Below are positions 62,780 through 64,000 of a stretch of DNA of 64,000 bases, piece by piece. Both the position numbers and the translations under genes were made by a program. Each line of letters begins with the position of its first letter. Position 1 is the first letter of the stretch. Below the pieces are notes generated by a model that worked only from the letters and a program-made list of their open reading frames with translations, ran no database searches and was not told the origin of the DNA. Source of the DNA: Octopus sinensis (taxonomy: Eukaryota); assembly GCF_006345805.1 (NCBI RefSeq), contig NC_043023.1:1178001-1242000 (forward strand). Direction: 5' to 3'.

Positions 62780-63365
62780 AAATGGCTGTGTGGTAAGTAG
62801 CTTGCTTACCAGCCACATGGTCCCCTGTTCAGTCCCACTGCGTGGCACCTCGGGCAAGTGTCTTCTTCTATAGCCTCAGGCTGACCAAAGCCTTGTGTGT
62901 GGATTTGGTCGATGGAAACTGAAAGAAGCCCGTCGTAAATATGTATATGTATATATGTAGGCATAGGAGTGGCTGTGTGGTAAGTAGCTTGCTAACCAAC
63001 CACATGGTTCCGGGTTCATTCCCACTGCATGGCATCTTGGGCAAGTGTCTTCTACTATAGCCTCGGGCCGACCAAAGCCTTGTGAGTGGATTTAGTAGAT
63101 GCAAACTGAAAGAATCCTGTCGTATATATGTATATATATATATATATATATATGTTTGTGTGTCTGTGTTTGTCCCTGCAGCATCGCTTGACAACCAATG
63201 GTGGTGTGTTTACATGCCTGTAACTTAGCTGTTCAGCAAAAGAGACCAATAACATAAGTACTAGGCTTACAAAGAATAAGTTCTGGAGTCGATTTGTTCG
63301 ACAAAAGGCGGTGCTCCAGCATGGCCGCAGTCAAATGACTGAAAAAAGTAAAAGAGTAAAAGTGT
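62780..63365 (+). mobile_element. SINE family A: full copy (62958-63365) sitting directly after the 5' half of another (62780-62940)
   Basis: Two heads in tandem; the second begins inside the (TA)n of the first. Confidence 0.85.
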
Positions 63366-63389
63366 GCAATAAATTGGTTTACTGTTCCT

Positions 63390-64000
63390 AATACTGAAGA
63401 TATAGAAACACACCTGGGTATGCAATGGGAGAGGGGGCACTGGGCAGATATAGTGATTTACACCTTTTACCAAAAGAGAGATTTTTCTTCATGGTAACTG
63501 CAGTGAATTTGCCTTTAGAAGTTGGAATATGTTACAGACATATTTTAAATAAACATGAATTTCGCTTATGTCTAAAGTATGCTTGGTGTTGATAAAGCTA
63601 AATTTTTTTTAACTTAGCAGTCCAACAGCACAACTCAGAAATGTTGACTGTATTTTAGTTAAAGCAATGACTTTGAATCTCCCTAGAGTTATCTTTCTTT
63701 GATATTTCCCAGTGATAACAGCTAAAGAGCTAGAAATGCATCTGGGAATCCGTCAAGATACAGCACTGGAAAAATTTGGTGTTTTAACACCTTTTTACCA
63801 TAATAGAGAATTTTTTCTCCGTGGCAATTGCAGAGAATTTGCCTAAAAATATATCAGAAACATACTTTGACTAGTCTAAAGTTCATATATGCTGAAATAC
63901 TGCCTGGCACTGATACTGCTGAATTTCTTCTGACTTAGCAGTCCAATGTTGTTGCCTGTTTAACTTAAACCTATAGCTTTAAATCTATCCAGAATTACCT
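63390..64000. repeat. Diverged ~320-325-bp tandem repeat with coding-like substitution pattern (runs off the window)
   Basis: TAGAAA..CA.CTGGG at ~63406 and ~63731; ACTTAGCAGTCCAA at ~63612 and ~63933. Confidence 0.7.

Overview
AT-rich, repeat-saturated eukaryotic DNA. The SINE/LINE/Penelope inventory and the (TA)n/(CA)n/(CAC)n load point to an octopus (coleoid cephalopod) genome; this is inference, not a database match. No host protein-coding exon is supportable: the long ORFs are microsatellite or SINE read-throughs, and the only real coding signal is from transposon relics (RTE, CR1, R4/Dong, HERO-type REL, Tc1, mariner). About 30 copies or fragments of one tRNA-headed SINE with an internal microsatellite dominate, alongside four other SINE types and a canonical non-autonomous Helitron. 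The main hidden layer is a set of at least 8 candidate Penelope-type hammerhead ribozymes. Several carry an extra nucleotide on either side of stem II, two sit in the arms of a 507-bp fold-back, and one appears to be fused to a tRNA-type Pol III head. There is also a three-level nested insertion containing a 5'-inverted (twin-primed-like) RTE with a 10-bp TSD, and a decayed tandem repeat with a coding-like substitution pattern at the right edge. Repeat boundaries were placed by eye and are approximate unless a terminus or TSD is quoted.
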